Assembly (NCBI GenBank): GCA_964596115.1
Contig: CAZQRW010000004.1
Coordinates: forward strand, 4,500-64,326
From: an uncultured bacterium
GTDB taxonomy: Bacteria > Hydrothermota > UBA3072 > B12-G15
DNA length: 59,827 bases
Direction: 5' to 3'
The translations under genes were made by a program, and so were the position numbers. Of the stretch, positions 18,469-27,736 are shown in pieces. The notes under the pieces were generated by a model. It was not told where the DNA came from. It was given only the letters and a program-made list of their open reading frames with translations, and ran no database searches. How positions within the stretch are numbered: position 1 is the stretch's first letter; every line of letters starts with the position of its first letter.

Positions 18469-19455
18469 GACCTTACCATTTTCTACTAGGGATTTATCTG
18501 CCATCTCAAGCGTTTTAACTACCTTTAAACCTGCATATCCATCTGAGGCTGGTTTGCTTCTCGTTTTAATGCACTCCAAAAAATGTTCTATTTCTATTTT
18601 TAATGGTTCCCTATTATCAATCTTGGGAGAACGGATATCACCAACCCTGTAAGTCAGAAGAAACTCACCATAATCATACGGTTCCTTTAAATCAACCCCT
18701 GAATCATAAACCTTGACCTTCTCTCTGGGATCAATGTCATTATAGACAATCATTTTCTTAGAGCCGACTATTATAGTCCTTCTTATCTTTGATGGTGCAA
18801 GCCAACTAACCTGGATATCAGAAATCACTCCATCCTCAAATATCGTGTGAATAAATGCAACATCAGGAATCCCGTTAAGTACAGCATCCTTTCCAACTGC
18901 TGAAACATACTTTGGTTTTGAATCAATCCAGGAAAATATTACTGAAAAATCATGTGGTGCAAGATCCCAGATGACATTTGCATCCCTTCTATGTATGCCC
19001 AGGTTAACCCTCGTGGATGTTATGTAGTATACCTCTCCAATCTCCCCACTGTCAATTATATCTTTTATTTTTATGACGGCTGGATTAAACACAAAGGTAT
19101 GCCCGACCATCAAAATTCTCTTCCCCTCTTCTGAGAGGCTTATGAGCTCTTCTGCCTCTTTCACAGAGGCAGTCATTGGCTTTTCTACAAATACATCGAT
19201 GCCATTCTCTAAAAAGATTTTTGCCAGTTTATAATGAGACTTTAGTGGCGTAGAAATAAGCACCCCATCAACCTTATCTTTATTTAATAAATCCCTATAA
19301 TCTTTTGTGTATTTAGCATTGGGGAATTTTCCCTTTATTAAATTCAGTCTCTTAACATTACTGTCGCAGCCTATTACATCTGTTTTGGGGATACTGAGAA
19401 GATTTCTCAATAAGTTTGGCCCCCAATATCCCAATCCAATGACTCCAAGTTTCAT
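18445..19455 (-). CDS. Gfo/Idh/MocA oxidoreductase (WbpB/WlbA-like nucleotide-sugar 3-dehydrogenase)
   Basis: GVIGLGYWG; VFVEKP; WDLAPHD. Confidence 0.9.
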   Translation of the reverse strand: MKLGVIGLGYWGPNLLRNLLSIPKTDVIGCDSNVKRLNLIKGKFPNAKYTKDYRDLLNKDKVDGVLISTPLKSHYKLAKIFLENGIDVFVEKPMTASVKEAEELISLSEEGKRILMVGHTFVFNPAVIKIKDIIDSGEIGEVYYITSTRVNLGIHRRDANVIWDLAPHDFSVIFSWIDSKPKYVSAVGKDAVLNGIPDVAFIHTIFEDGVISDIQVSWLAPSKIRRTIIVGSKKMIVYNDIDPREKVKVYDSGVDLKEPYDYGEFLLTYRVGDIRSPKIDNREPLKIEIEHFLECIKTRSKPASDGYAGLKVVKTLEMADKSLVENGKVLFFKKGV

Positions 19456-20606
19456 ATCCCCTCCGTAGAAAAGAATTCTTTTATTTTATCCACTATATAA
19501 CGTATCTCTTCTTGAGTTAAAAATGGATGCATTGGCAATGATATCACCTCCTCTGCTACCATCTCAGTAGTAGGAAGAGAACCCTTGATGCCATTTAAAG
19601 GAGTCTGAAGGTGACAGGGGACAGGGTAATGAATTCCCACCCCTATCCCGTTTTTTCTGAGATAATCAAATAGGTCGTTTCTCTTCTTTGATCTTACAAC
19701 ATAAAGATGATAAACATGCTTAACACTCTCCATCTCAAACGGAACGATGATAGGAGTATCCTTCAGCAAATCATTATATAAAAACGCAATTTTTCTTCGC
19801 TTCTCATTCCATTCGTCAAGGAATTTTAACTTTGCTCTTAGCACTGCTGCTTGAATCTCATCCAATCTTGAATTAAAACCAAACATCGTATAATGATACT
19901 TATCAATCTGTCCATGCTCTCTGAGTTTTCTCACGATATCTGCATATTCTTCATTATTGGTAGTAACACCACCTGCCTCTCCAACAGCTCCAAGATTCTT
20001 CGAAAAGTAAAAGCTGAATCCAGCAATATCCCCTAATGAACCAGCTTTCTTACCTTTATATTCTGCACCATGTGCCTGGGATGCATCTTCAATCACCTTT
20101 AGATTATACATATCACCTAACTTTAATATTGAATCCATATCTGCAGGTTGCCCATAAAGATGAACGGGGAGTATTGCTGCTACCCTTTTCCTGTCCCTTT
20201 TATCAATTAGACTCTCACCATCAAATTCACAACTTTTATCTATAAACTCCTCTACACTTGCTGGGTTTATATTATAAGTTTTTTCATCAATATCCACGAG
20301 AATTGGTTCACAACCTGCATGTAGGATTGCCTCAATAGTTGCAAAAAAAGTATGGGAAACAGTTATTATTTTTTCTCCCTGCTTGATACCTGCAGCCCTT
20401 ATAGCAAAATGGATTGCATCGGTGCCGCTGCCAACGCCTATGGCATATTTGGCACCCAGATATTTGGAAAATTCTCCTTCAAACTTTTGGACATTTGGGC
20501 CAAGATATAGATACATTGAATCCAGTATTTCTTTCCACGAATTCTGAACATCTTTTTCAATCTTTTTAAACTGTGCCTTAAGGTCAACCAAAGGAATGTT
20601 TTTCAT
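19452..20606 (-). CDS. DegT/DnrJ/EryC1/StrS aminotransferase (WbpE/FdtB-like)
   Basis: PLVDLKAQ; PVHLYGQPAD; IEDASQAHG; FSFYFSKNLG; NSRLDEIQAA. Confidence 0.93.
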   Translation of the reverse strand: MKNIPLVDLKAQFKKIEKDVQNSWKEILDSMYLYLGPNVQKFEGEFSKYLGAKYAIGVGSGTDAIHFAIRAAGIKQGEKIITVSHTFFATIEAILHAGCEPILVDIDEKTYNINPASVEEFIDKSCEFDGESLIDKRDRKRVAAILPVHLYGQPADMDSILKLGDMYNLKVIEDASQAHGAEYKGKKAGSLGDIAGFSFYFSKNLGAVGEAGGVTTNNEEYADIVRKLREHGQIDKYHYTMFGFNSRLDEIQAAVLRAKLKFLDEWNEKRRKIAFLYNDLLKDTPIIVPFEMESVKHVYHLYVVRSKKRNDLFDYLRKNGIGVGIHYPVPCHLQTPLNGIKGSLPTTEMVAEEVISLPMHPFLTQEEIRYIVDKIKEFFSTEGI

Positions 20607-21136
20607 CTATAACTCCTGATTTTTGCTTTTTCGCCATATACAACCGCATTATCTGGAACATCTTTAACAATAACTGAACCTGCCCCAATCATTGCATTTC
20701 TCCCAATAGTTACACCACATACTATCACACTACTTGCACCTATCGATGCCCTTTCTCTAACCAGCGTAGGCACAATTTTATACTCCTCTATAATTGCGCC
20801 CTTTTCATCGCATGAAGCCGGTTTAATATCATTTGTAAAGACTACATTTGGGCCAACAAATACACAGTCTTCTACTATAACACCCTCAGGTAAAAAAGCA
20901 AGTGGTTCTATCTTTACCTTATTACCAATTTTAACCCCTTTTCTTATCTCGACAAAGGCACCAATTTTACTCTCTGAACCAATCTCTGCACCATAAATGT
21001 TAACATTGCTCCAGATAACTACACCATTCCCGAATACAGTATCTTTTATTATAATATTATATTCTGGGATAAGAATAGAAGTTGGCTCCATATTTTCTAT
21101 TTCCCTTTTTTTACCCCTGATTAGAATGTAACCCAT
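20603..21136 (-). CDS. Hexapeptide-repeat acyltransferase (WbpD-like N-acetyltransferase)
   Basis: Hexapeptide repeats; FVGPNVVFTND; IGAGSVIVKDVP. Start at 21136 (AGGAGG SD). Confidence 0.88.
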   Translation of the reverse strand: MGYILIRGKKREIENMEPTSILIPEYNIIIKDTVFGNGVVIWSNVNIYGAEIGSESKIGAFVEIRKGVKIGNKVKIEPLAFLPEGVIVEDCVFVGPNVVFTNDIKPASCDEKGAIIEEYKIVPTLVRERASIGASSVIVCGVTIGRNAMIGAGSVIVKDVPDNAVVYGEKAKIRSYR

Positions 21137-21149
21137 ATATCCTCCTTGA

Positions 21150-22490
21150 TTAGTAAGCTCCTTTTCCGAAAACAATGTTAGGTATGGTCTGCAGTATTAT
21201 ATGCAAATCCATCCAGATAGATCTATTGAATGAATAATAAATATCAAGAAAAACAGACTCATCAAAGGGAAGGAGAGATCTGCCAAATACCTGCCAAAAA
21301 CCAGTTAATCCTTGTTTGACTTTCAATCTTAACTTATGCCAGCTTTTATACTCCTCAATCTCATACTTCAAAGGGGGCCTGGGACCAACAAGGGATAGAT
21401 CTCCCTTTAACACATTAAAAAATTGTGGAAGTTCGTCAAGGCTCGTTTTCCTTAAAATATACCCAATAGGTGTGATTCTATTATCCCTGGTCATCTTGTA
21501 TATCTTACTCTTCCTGTTTTCACCTTTTATAAGTTTTTTTATATATTCCTTATGTGAAGAATCATCGATATTATAATACATCGAACGGAATTTATACATA
21601 ACGAATCCATTAAAATTCTTCGTTAATCTTCCCTGTTTGAAAACTATTGGACCCTGAGAGCTGACTTTTATCAAGAAGGCTATTATTAAAAAAAGGGGGG
21701 ACAACATAATTATTGATATGACCGAAAATACTACATCAACTACTCTCTTTAAGAAAAGGTACATCTTACCTTCACCAGACCATCTGAATGGAACAAAAGG
21801 AATTTTTTTCAAATAAAACCAATAATCTATTTCTCTAATTTTCTTCAATAATGGCGTATACAGAATAACCTTCTCCTTTTTATCAAAATAGACTTTTAAT
21901 TCTGAAAAAAGTTCCTGGAATTTCTGGAATCCGCCTACTAGCACAAAAATCACATTCTGCCCATAATATTTCTCCGCTTCTTTCACATCATCCAGAACAT
22001 CTATTACACTGATGCCTGCAAATTTGTGCGATGTAAAATAGTCCTTAACCCCAAGGTCGGACCTCCCCTTTTTTATAATAATTACTTTCTTCTTTGGCAG
22101 GAGAAAAAGAATCCCTGTAAAGAGAAATGTTCTCTCAATATATACAAGAAGGGTTAAAAATAAAAGAAGAGAAAATAGTAAATACCTGTAATGGAACATC
22201 CCTATCTCAAAAACAAGTGTAACAACAAGATAAGCCACAAAAGTATAAACAATGGATTTTGTGGTTCTGAAGATATAAACCATTCTATCAAGATAGGAAG
22301 AGAAGTTATACATATCCGTATATGAAAAAATAGCAATTGTTAAGATTGGAATTACAAAGATATTATATTTGAAATAAGGATAACCATCTATAAACTTAAA
22401 AAAATTGAGAAAAATATATGCAACTTTAACACCCAGGACAGTGAATGCAATATCAAGGATTAGAAAAGCTATATCCCTTTCTTTCCACAT
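21150..22490 (-). CDS. Priming polyprenyl-phosphate glycosylphosphotransferase (WcaJ/WbaP-like sugar transferase)
   Basis: N-terminal TM helices; KRVVDVVFS; YKFRSM; LRKTSLDELPQFFNVLKGDLSLVGPRP. Confidence 0.93.
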   Translation of the reverse strand: MWKERDIAFLILDIAFTVLGVKVAYIFLNFFKFIDGYPYFKYNIFVIPILTIAIFSYTDMYNFSSYLDRMVYIFRTTKSIVYTFVAYLVVTLVFEIGMFHYRYLLFSLLLFLTLLVYIERTFLFTGILFLLPKKKVIIIKKGRSDLGVKDYFTSHKFAGISVIDVLDDVKEAEKYYGQNVIFVLVGGFQKFQELFSELKVYFDKKEKVILYTPLLKKIREIDYWFYLKKIPFVPFRWSGEGKMYLFLKRVVDVVFSVISIIMLSPLFLIIAFLIKVSSQGPIVFKQGRLTKNFNGFVMYKFRSMYYNIDDSSHKEYIKKLIKGENRKSKIYKMTRDNRITPIGYILRKTSLDELPQFFNVLKGDLSLVGPRPPLKYEIEEYKSWHKLRLKVKQGLTGFWQVFGRSLLPFDESVFLDIYYSFNRSIWMDLHIILQTIPNIVFGKGAY

Positions 22491-22530
22491 ATCTTCAATA
22501 TCCTACCAAACAAATTGTTGATAATATATC

Positions 22531-23778
22531 TCAAGGTATCTCCCTAAATTTTGTATAATCCCATAGGACCTCAGGTATCCTTATACTTCCATCCTTCTTT
22601 TGGAAATTCTCAATGATACCAACAAAAGTCCTGGGAGTCGCAATTCCAGAGCCATTGAGGGTATGAACGAATTCAAGTTTATTGCCATCTCTGTATTTTA
22701 TGTTTGCTCTTCTGGCCTGGAAATCCTCAAAGTTACTAACTGAAGATACCTCTAACCATCTTTTTAAGCCTGGCGCCCAAACTTCAATGTCATAGGTTTT
22801 AGCAGATGCGAAAGAAATATCATCATAGCTTAGAAGCACAATTCTGTATGGCAAATTAAGAAGTTTTAATACGTCTTCAGCATCTTCTAAAAGTAACTCA
22901 AGTTCGTTATATGATTTCTCTGGCAGTGCAAATTTTACTAACTCAACTTTGTTAAACTGGTGAACCCTCATTAAGCCTTTTGTGTCCCTTCCATAGGAGC
23001 CCGCTTCTCTTCTGAAACAGGCTGTATAAGCAGTATATTTCACAGGTAATTCATCCCTCTTAAGTACATCATTGTTATGAATATTAGTAAGTGGAACTTC
23101 CGCTGTTGGATTCAAATATAAATTATCTTTTTCAACTAAATACATATCTTCTTTCATTTTAGGGAGTTGCCCCGTGCCAAACATACTCTCTTCCTTTGCA
23201 AGAAATGGAGGAAATATTTCTACATAGTTATGTTTTGAAGTATGTAGGTCAAGCATAAAATTTATTAATGCCCTTTCAAGCCTCGCACCTTTATCCCTAT
23301 ATAAAGGAAAATGTGTGCCTGCAATTTTTGCACCTGTCTTCATATCAAGTATTTTGTGCACTTCAGAGAGAAATAGATGATCCTTTGGTTCAAAATCAAA
23401 TTTTGGAATGTTGCCCCCCTCTCGTATTATCTTTTGCTTATTGGGAACAGAGGAGTGGGGTATATTAGGTATCCATTTTAGTATTTCTTTTAATTCTTTC
23501 TCTATTGCTTCAAGCTCCAGTTCATCATCTGCCATTTCTTTATTAATTCTCTGCATCTCGGAAATTATAGTATCAGCATTACTGCCTTCCTTTTTTAACA
23601 TAGATATCTCTTTTCCCTTAACATTCTTCTTATGTCTTAGATCTTCAACTCTCTTTATAAGTTCCCTTCTCTTCTCATCTTTTTTCAAGACATCATCTAT
23701 ATTTATCTTAACACCTTTTTTCCTCAATGCATCCTTTACAATTTCAGCATTATCTCTGATAAATTTAATATTGAACAT
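22531..23778 (-). CDS. serS: Serine--tRNA ligase
   Basis: PTAEVPL; CFRREAGSYGRDTKGLMRVHQF; EVSSVSN; HTLNGSGIA. Start at 23778 (AAGGAG SD). Confidence 0.97.
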   Translation of the reverse strand: MFNIKFIRDNAEIVKDALRKKGVKINIDDVLKKDEKRRELIKRVEDLRHKKNVKGKEISMLKKEGSNADTIISEMQRINKEMADDELELEAIEKELKEILKWIPNIPHSSVPNKQKIIREGGNIPKFDFEPKDHLFLSEVHKILDMKTGAKIAGTHFPLYRDKGARLERALINFMLDLHTSKHNYVEIFPPFLAKEESMFGTGQLPKMKEDMYLVEKDNLYLNPTAEVPLTNIHNNDVLKRDELPVKYTAYTACFRREAGSYGRDTKGLMRVHQFNKVELVKFALPEKSYNELELLLEDAEDVLKLLNLPYRIVLLSYDDISFASAKTYDIEVWAPGLKRWLEVSSVSNFEDFQARRANIKYRDGNKLEFVHTLNGSGIATPRTFVGIIENFQKKDGSIRIPEVLWDYTKFREIP

Positions 23779-23843
23779 TCTTCTCTCCTTAAAATTTGAG
23801 GTTTTTTGCCTTTGGGGACAATCCATCCTGCTTATTTGCGATT

Positions 23844-23872
23844 ATATTATTATTCTTTTCTTCAGTTGTCAA
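23844..23872 (-). promoter_or_regulatory. Promoter TTGACA-N17-TAATAT for serS
   Basis: Hexamers read directly. Confidence 0.6.
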
Positions 23873-23909
23873 GCCTTTTTTGATACTTATCCCTAATATT
23901 TCTTTTTTG

Positions 23910-23937
23910 TTGACATTGATTATAAAGTAAATATCAT
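23910..23937 (+). promoter_or_regulatory. Promoter TTGACA-N16-TATCAT, 6 nt before the ATG at 23944 (leaderless)
   Basis: Hexamers read directly; no SD. Confidence 0.7.
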
Positions 23938-23943
23938 TGGATG

Positions 23944-25317
23944 ATGAAAGAAATACTCATAAAAAAACTTGCCGATATTGTAGGAAAAGGGAATATACTT
24001 TCTGGTTCTGATCAATTAGAACAGTACAGCAGAAATGAAACACCTGGCAATTATGTATTCATCCCTGATGTCGTTATAAAACCAAATTCTGCAGCTCAAA
24101 TCTCCCTCATCTTAAAAGTGGCGAATGAACTCAAAGTTTCTATTGTCCCAAGAGGAGCTGGAACAAGCAGATGCGGTGGTTCACTTCCTGTAACAGGTGG
24201 CATCGTTCTTTCACTCGAAAAAATGAATAAAATAAAAGAACTGGATAAAGAAAACCTTCTACTTACGGTAGAACCAGGCGTAATAACAGGTGAAATAAAT
24301 AGGTATCTTGAGCCTTATAACCTTTTTTATCCACCTGACCCTGCAAGCATTGATTCCTGCTCTATAGGTGGCAATGTAGTAACAAATGCAGGAGGACCCA
24401 GATGCCTGAAGTACGGAGTTACAAGAAACTACATAATGGAACTTGAGGTTGTATTCCCTGAAGGAAATATAGAAAGATTAGGTGGCAAGGTATTAAAAAA
24501 TGTCACAGGCTATAATCTTATGCAGCTATTAATAGGGTCTGAAGGCACGCTTGGGATTATTACTGAAATTGTATTGAGGCTTCTTCCGAGAAAAAAATTT
24601 TTCATTACACTTCTTGTCCCATTTGATATATTAGAAACTGCAACAGAGAGTGTAAATACTATCCTGAGTAAGGGTTTTCTTCCAGTAACAATGGAATTTA
24701 TTGATCGAGATTGTTCAATTACTATGAAAGAAAATTTAAATATGGAAATTCCATACGAAGGTTCTGAGGCATTTCTCCTTATTGAACTTGAAGGAAATGA
24801 TAAATCAAGGCTCGAATCCGAGTATGAACACCTTGGAAATGAATTAATTAATATGGGGGCAAAAGACGTCTTTGTTGCAGAAGAAAGACCCCAAAGAGAA
24901 AAGCTATGGGAATACCGCAGATCTATAGCAGAAGCCCTCGAAAAGAAAGGAGAGATTCTTCCTGAGGATGTTGTTGTACCACGCTCTGAAATCCCCAAAT
25001 TTATTACATTTGTAAAAGATCTTGGGAAAAAATTCTCAACAGAAATATACACATTCGGTCATATAGGTGATGGTAATATCCATATAGATATATTGAAGGG
25101 TCCCAACTTCGAAGAATACAGAGAAGAAATGCTGGAGCAATTATTTAGGGGTGTGAATAGATACAACGGGAAGATTAGTGGAGAACACGGAATAGGCTTT
25201 ACGAAGAAAAAATATCTTCATTTTTCTGTATCCTCGTATCAAATAGAACTGATGAAAAGGATAAAGAAGGTAATTGACCCCAATAATATTTTAAATCCAG
25301 GTAAAATATTTGATTAG
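23944..25317 (+). CDS. FAD-linked oxidoreductase (GlcD / D-lactate dehydrogenase family)
   Basis: VPRGAGTS; YPPDPAS; IGGNVVTNAGG; GSEGTLGI; GHIGDGNIH; SGEHGIG; LNPGKIF. Confidence 0.92.
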   Translation: MKEILIKKLADIVGKGNILSGSDQLEQYSRNETPGNYVFIPDVVIKPNSAAQISLILKVANELKVSIVPRGAGTSRCGGSLPVTGGIVLSLEKMNKIKELDKENLLLTVEPGVITGEINRYLEPYNLFYPPDPASIDSCSIGGNVVTNAGGPRCLKYGVTRNYIMELEVVFPEGNIERLGGKVLKNVTGYNLMQLLIGSEGTLGIITEIVLRLLPRKKFFITLLVPFDILETATESVNTILSKGFLPVTMEFIDRDCSITMKENLNMEIPYEGSEAFLLIELEGNDKSRLESEYEHLGNELINMGAKDVFVAEERPQREKLWEYRRSIAEALEKKGEILPEDVVVPRSEIPKFITFVKDLGKKFSTEIYTFGHIGDGNIHIDILKGPNFEEYREEMLEQLFRGVNRYNGKISGEHGIGFTKKKYLHFSVSSYQIELMKRIKKVIDPNNILNPGKIFD

Positions 25318-25326
25318 GAGGAAAAA

Positions 25327-25992
25327 ATGATAAGTATTCTTGATAGTAACGTCTTGAAAAACTCCCTTAGCGTTTTGAGAGATAAAAACACACCCCCTTC
25401 ACGCTTCAGGGAATACGTCAGGCTTGCAGGTTACATTTCTACATATGAAATCCTCGGGAGTGAACTTAATCTCGAAGAAAAAACAATTGAAACACCGATA
25501 AAAAGTACAAAGGGCTTCTTTTTCAACCAGAGGATACTCCAGATAGTAATTATGCGTGCAGGTCTACCATTTGCAGAGGGGGGCGGCGTATTGCTTGACC
25601 AGCTGGAAATAAAACGGGATATTGGTGTTGTAGATGCTCGAAGGATGGACGAAAACGTAGATGGTCTTGATTTTGAAATTGAAATCTCTTCTTTTAAGGT
25701 TCCAAATCCAAAGGATTCTTATACTATTATTTATGACCCTATGCTAGCAACAGGTGCAACAATGATTGAGGTTCTAAAAAGGGTAAAATCTAAGGGAAAA
25801 CCCAAAAAAATTATTGTAAATTCAATAATATCGGCACCATTCGGAGTTGAGAGTATTGATAAATTTTTCCCTGACGTATCCATATACACATTATCCCTCG
25901 ACAGAGAGGGAGCATACAAGGGTCTGAATAAAAAAGGCTATATTGTCCCTGGCCTGGGAGATTGTGGCGACAGGGCATTTGGAACATACTGA
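25327..25992 (+). CDS. upp: Uracil phosphoribosyltransferase
   Basis: DPMLATG PRPP motif; YIVPGLGDCGDRAFG. Confidence 0.92.
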   Translation: MISILDSNVLKNSLSVLRDKNTPPSRFREYVRLAGYISTYEILGSELNLEEKTIETPIKSTKGFFFNQRILQIVIMRAGLPFAEGGGVLLDQLEIKRDIGVVDARRMDENVDGLDFEIEISSFKVPNPKDSYTIIYDPMLATGATMIEVLKRVKSKGKPKKIIVNSIISAPFGVESIDKFFPDVSIYTLSLDREGAYKGLNKKGYIVPGLGDCGDRAFGTY

Positions 25993-26206
25993 AAACCACT
26001 ATTAAAAAGAAAGTGTGTTCTCTATCCCAGACTTTAAAATGTCTTTCTCTGAAAAGCTTGACAATTTACTGGATGGGTGAATGTTAAGGTTTAATGTATT
26101 TTTATTACTTTTTTCCATTCTGTCCGAATCACTGGAGTAAACAATGGCGGAAACTAAGGGAGACGACACAAAGGCAGCTGTTAGCATCGCTGCATCATTT
26201 CATTTT

Positions 26207-26234
26207 TTGACTTTCAAAAGAATATACGTATAAT
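26207..26234 (+). promoter_or_regulatory. Promoter TTGACT-N16-TATAAT, 9 nt before the ATG
   Basis: Hexamers read directly. Confidence 0.65.
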
Positions 26235-26243
26235 AAGTTAAGG

Positions 26244-26807
26244 ATGGAAATAAAAGAAGCAATATTTCGTTTCTATGAAGAACTAAATGATTTTCTGCCC
26301 ATAGAGAAGAAAAAAATCTCCTTCTCCTACTCTTTCAATGGGAGTATCAAAATAAAGGATGCCATATCATCCCTTGGTGTTCCCTGCTCAATGGTAGATC
26401 TCATTCTTGTAAATGGAAAATCTGTTGATTTTTCCTATCATCTTAAGAATAAAGACAGGATTTCGGTATATCCCGTTTTTGAAACACTGGACATATCAGA
26501 TGTTACACATTTAAAAAATAGACCATTGCGTAAATCAAAATTCATCGTGGATATGCATCTTGTAGGATTGGAAAGACAACTCTCCAGGCTTGGCTTCAAC
26601 ATTATCCATAAACATTCTGAAAGGGAAATTGTTAATACCTCTTTAGTTGAAAAACGGATTATCTTAACCAAAGACAAAAAAATATTGAAATATAAAAATG
26701 TTACCCGCTGCTACCTTGTCAAATCAAATAGTCCAGAAAAACAATTAAAGGAAGTTCTCCATAATTTCAGCCTTTATAAAAAAATTCAAGCAAATGAAAG
26801 TCCCTAA
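26244..26807 (+). CDS. Mut7-C ubiquitin-like + PIN RNase domain protein, apparently C-terminally truncated
   Basis: FRFYEELNDFLP; SLGVP..VDLILVNG; KFIVDMHL; RIILTKD. The usual Cys zinc ribbon is absent. Confidence 0.82.
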   Translation: MEIKEAIFRFYEELNDFLPIEKKKISFSYSFNGSIKIKDAISSLGVPCSMVDLILVNGKSVDFSYHLKNKDRISVYPVFETLDISDVTHLKNRPLRKSKFIVDMHLVGLERQLSRLGFNIIHKHSEREIVNTSLVEKRIILTKDKKILKYKNVTRCYLVKSNSPEKQLKEVLHNFSLYKKIQANESP

Positions 26808-26808
26808 C

Positions 26809-26833
26809 AAAAAGGGGGGGCGAAGCCCCCCTT
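26809..26833 (-). terminator. Intrinsic terminator of the buk-ptb-fabH-por operon (possibly bidirectional)
   Basis: Minus strand GGGGGGC-TTC-GCCCCCCC followed by TTTTT, between convergent genes. Confidence 0.85.
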
Positions 26834-26851
26834 AAAAAATCCAAAAAATTT

Positions 26852-27736
26852 TTATTTATTCTCGATCTTTTTCATCAATAACTCCCATTCCCAATCCACA
26901 CTCTTCTGAACATATTTAACATCTTCTTCTGTAAGATGTCTAAATCTACCCTGTAATTTCAGGTATTCAATAACAGGAACAGGTTTTTTTACCTTCATTG
27001 TGAGCTTCCAATCAATTCCCTTCTCTATTTCAAGAAGAGGAAAAATCCTTGTTTGAACAGCAAGCCTCGAAAGTTTTATAGTATCCTCTGGCCTTGTTTT
27101 CCAACCCGGTGGGCAGGGAGAAAGGATTAATATAAATTTCGTTCCCTTTATGTCCTTTGCCTTCTGAAATTTTTTCACAAAGTCTTCTGGATATGCAACG
27201 GTTACAGTGGCAATATAGGGGATTCTATGTGCAGCAAAAATGGCAACGAGGTCCTTTTTGGGCCTATCCTTGGGGTGCTTAACAGGGGTTGTTGTTGTCC
27301 ATGCGCCCCAGGGCGTTGCAGAACTTCTCTGAATCCCTGTATTCATATATGCTTCATTGTCGTAGCAAACGTATAGTATATCATCGTTTCTTTCAGCGGC
27401 ACCAGACAATGCCTGTATACCTATATCGTATGTTCCCCCATCACCTGCCCAAGCCACTACATTCACATCTTTCTTTCCCAAAATATCATATCCTGCCCTT
27501 ACACCGGATGCTACAGATGCTGCAGTCTCAAATGCAGTGTGATAAAGAGGAACACCTACTGCAGAATGTGGAAAGGGTCCATCGATCACCGACCAGCAGC
27601 AGGCTGGAATATCAAGGCTCGTATTCCTTCCCAATGCCTTTAACGCGTATCTCATTGCAATAGAGGCACCACATCCAGGACAGGCAAGGTGACCAGATTG
27701 CAATACTTCTTCCTGTGGTATCGTTGTTCTTATCAT
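26852..27736 (-). CDS. porB: 2-oxoacid:ferredoxin oxidoreductase beta subunit (TPP-binding)
   Basis: GHLACPGCG; AGDGGTYDIG...DNEAYMNTG; SPCPPGW. Confidence 0.93.
   Translation of the reverse strand: MIRTTIPQEEVLQSGHLACPGCGASIAMRYALKALGRNTSLDIPACCWSVIDGPFPHSAVGVPLYHTAFETAASVASGVRAGYDILGKKDVNVVAWAGDGGTYDIGIQALSGAAERNDDILYVCYDNEAYMNTGIQRSSATPWGAWTTTTPVKHPKDRPKKDLVAIFAAHRIPYIATVTVAYPEDFVKKFQKAKDIKGTKFILILSPCPPGWKTRPEDTIKLSRLAVQTRIFPLLEIEKGIDWKLTMKVKKPVPVIEYLKLQGRFRHLTEEDVKYVQKSVDWEWELLMKKIENK

Noticed and set aside
23779-23843. T-box upstream of serS
   Set aside because: The leader is only about 60 nt, with no T-box consensus or terminator
23408-25052. ORFs 23408..23896 (+) and 24510..25052 (-)
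   Set aside because: Shadows of serS and the FAD oxidase
26002-26233. ORF 26002..26187 (-) and a 29-codon GGAG-led ORF 26144..26233 (+, MAETKGDD...)
   Set aside because: No recognisable family; the plus ORF runs over the Mut7-C promoter. Cannot be supported without Ribo-seq.
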